Notes under the pieces: model-generated | Seen by the model: the letters and a program-made list of their open reading frames with translations, nothing else | Databases searched by the model: none | Told to the model about the DNA's origin: nothing | Program-made: the position numbers and the translations under genes | Origin: Dipteris shenzhenensis | Taxonomy: Eukaryota | Assembly (NCBI GenBank): GCA_047967505.1 | Contig: CM106538.1 | Direction: 5' to 3' (one strand) | DNA length: 64,000 bases | Shown: piece after piece, positions 63,959-64,000 of the stretch | Layout: every line of letters starts with the position of its first letter | How positions within the stretch are numbered: the first letter of the stretch is position 1

Positions 63959-64000
63959 TGCTAGTGCAAGCAGCCAGGTCAACGGCAACGCAAGCGTTCA

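Overview
Eukaryotic, repeat-saturated land-plant nuclear DNA (spliceosomal introns, Met-i PBS LTR elements; a large-genome non-seed plant such as a fern is a guess, not demonstrated). Contents: a decayed Ty3/gypsy chromovirus (1-~4260); an intact Ty1/copia element (4487-10747, 1371-aa ORF, AGGAG TSD) inserted into an old L1; five further decayed copia copies and several LTR-like pieces; a plastid thioredoxin z-like gene or pseudogene with a WCGAC active site; a large rolling-circle element encoding Rep + PIF1 helicase + AP endonuclease (Helentron/HLE2 type), preceded by a spliced RPA70-like gene and followed by an inverted second copy; five pieces of a non-L1 (RTE/RTEX-like) LINE group; a Penelope-like RT fragment; a hAT-type MITE with 8-bp TSD; one orphan terminal exon. 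Most interesting: the Helentron with endonuclease plus RPA-like cargo, the Naiad/Chlamys-like Penelope RT, GTAC (SBP-box-like) clusters in two copia leaders, and several templated-insertion repair scars. All calls were made by eye, and boundaries of decayed elements are approximate.
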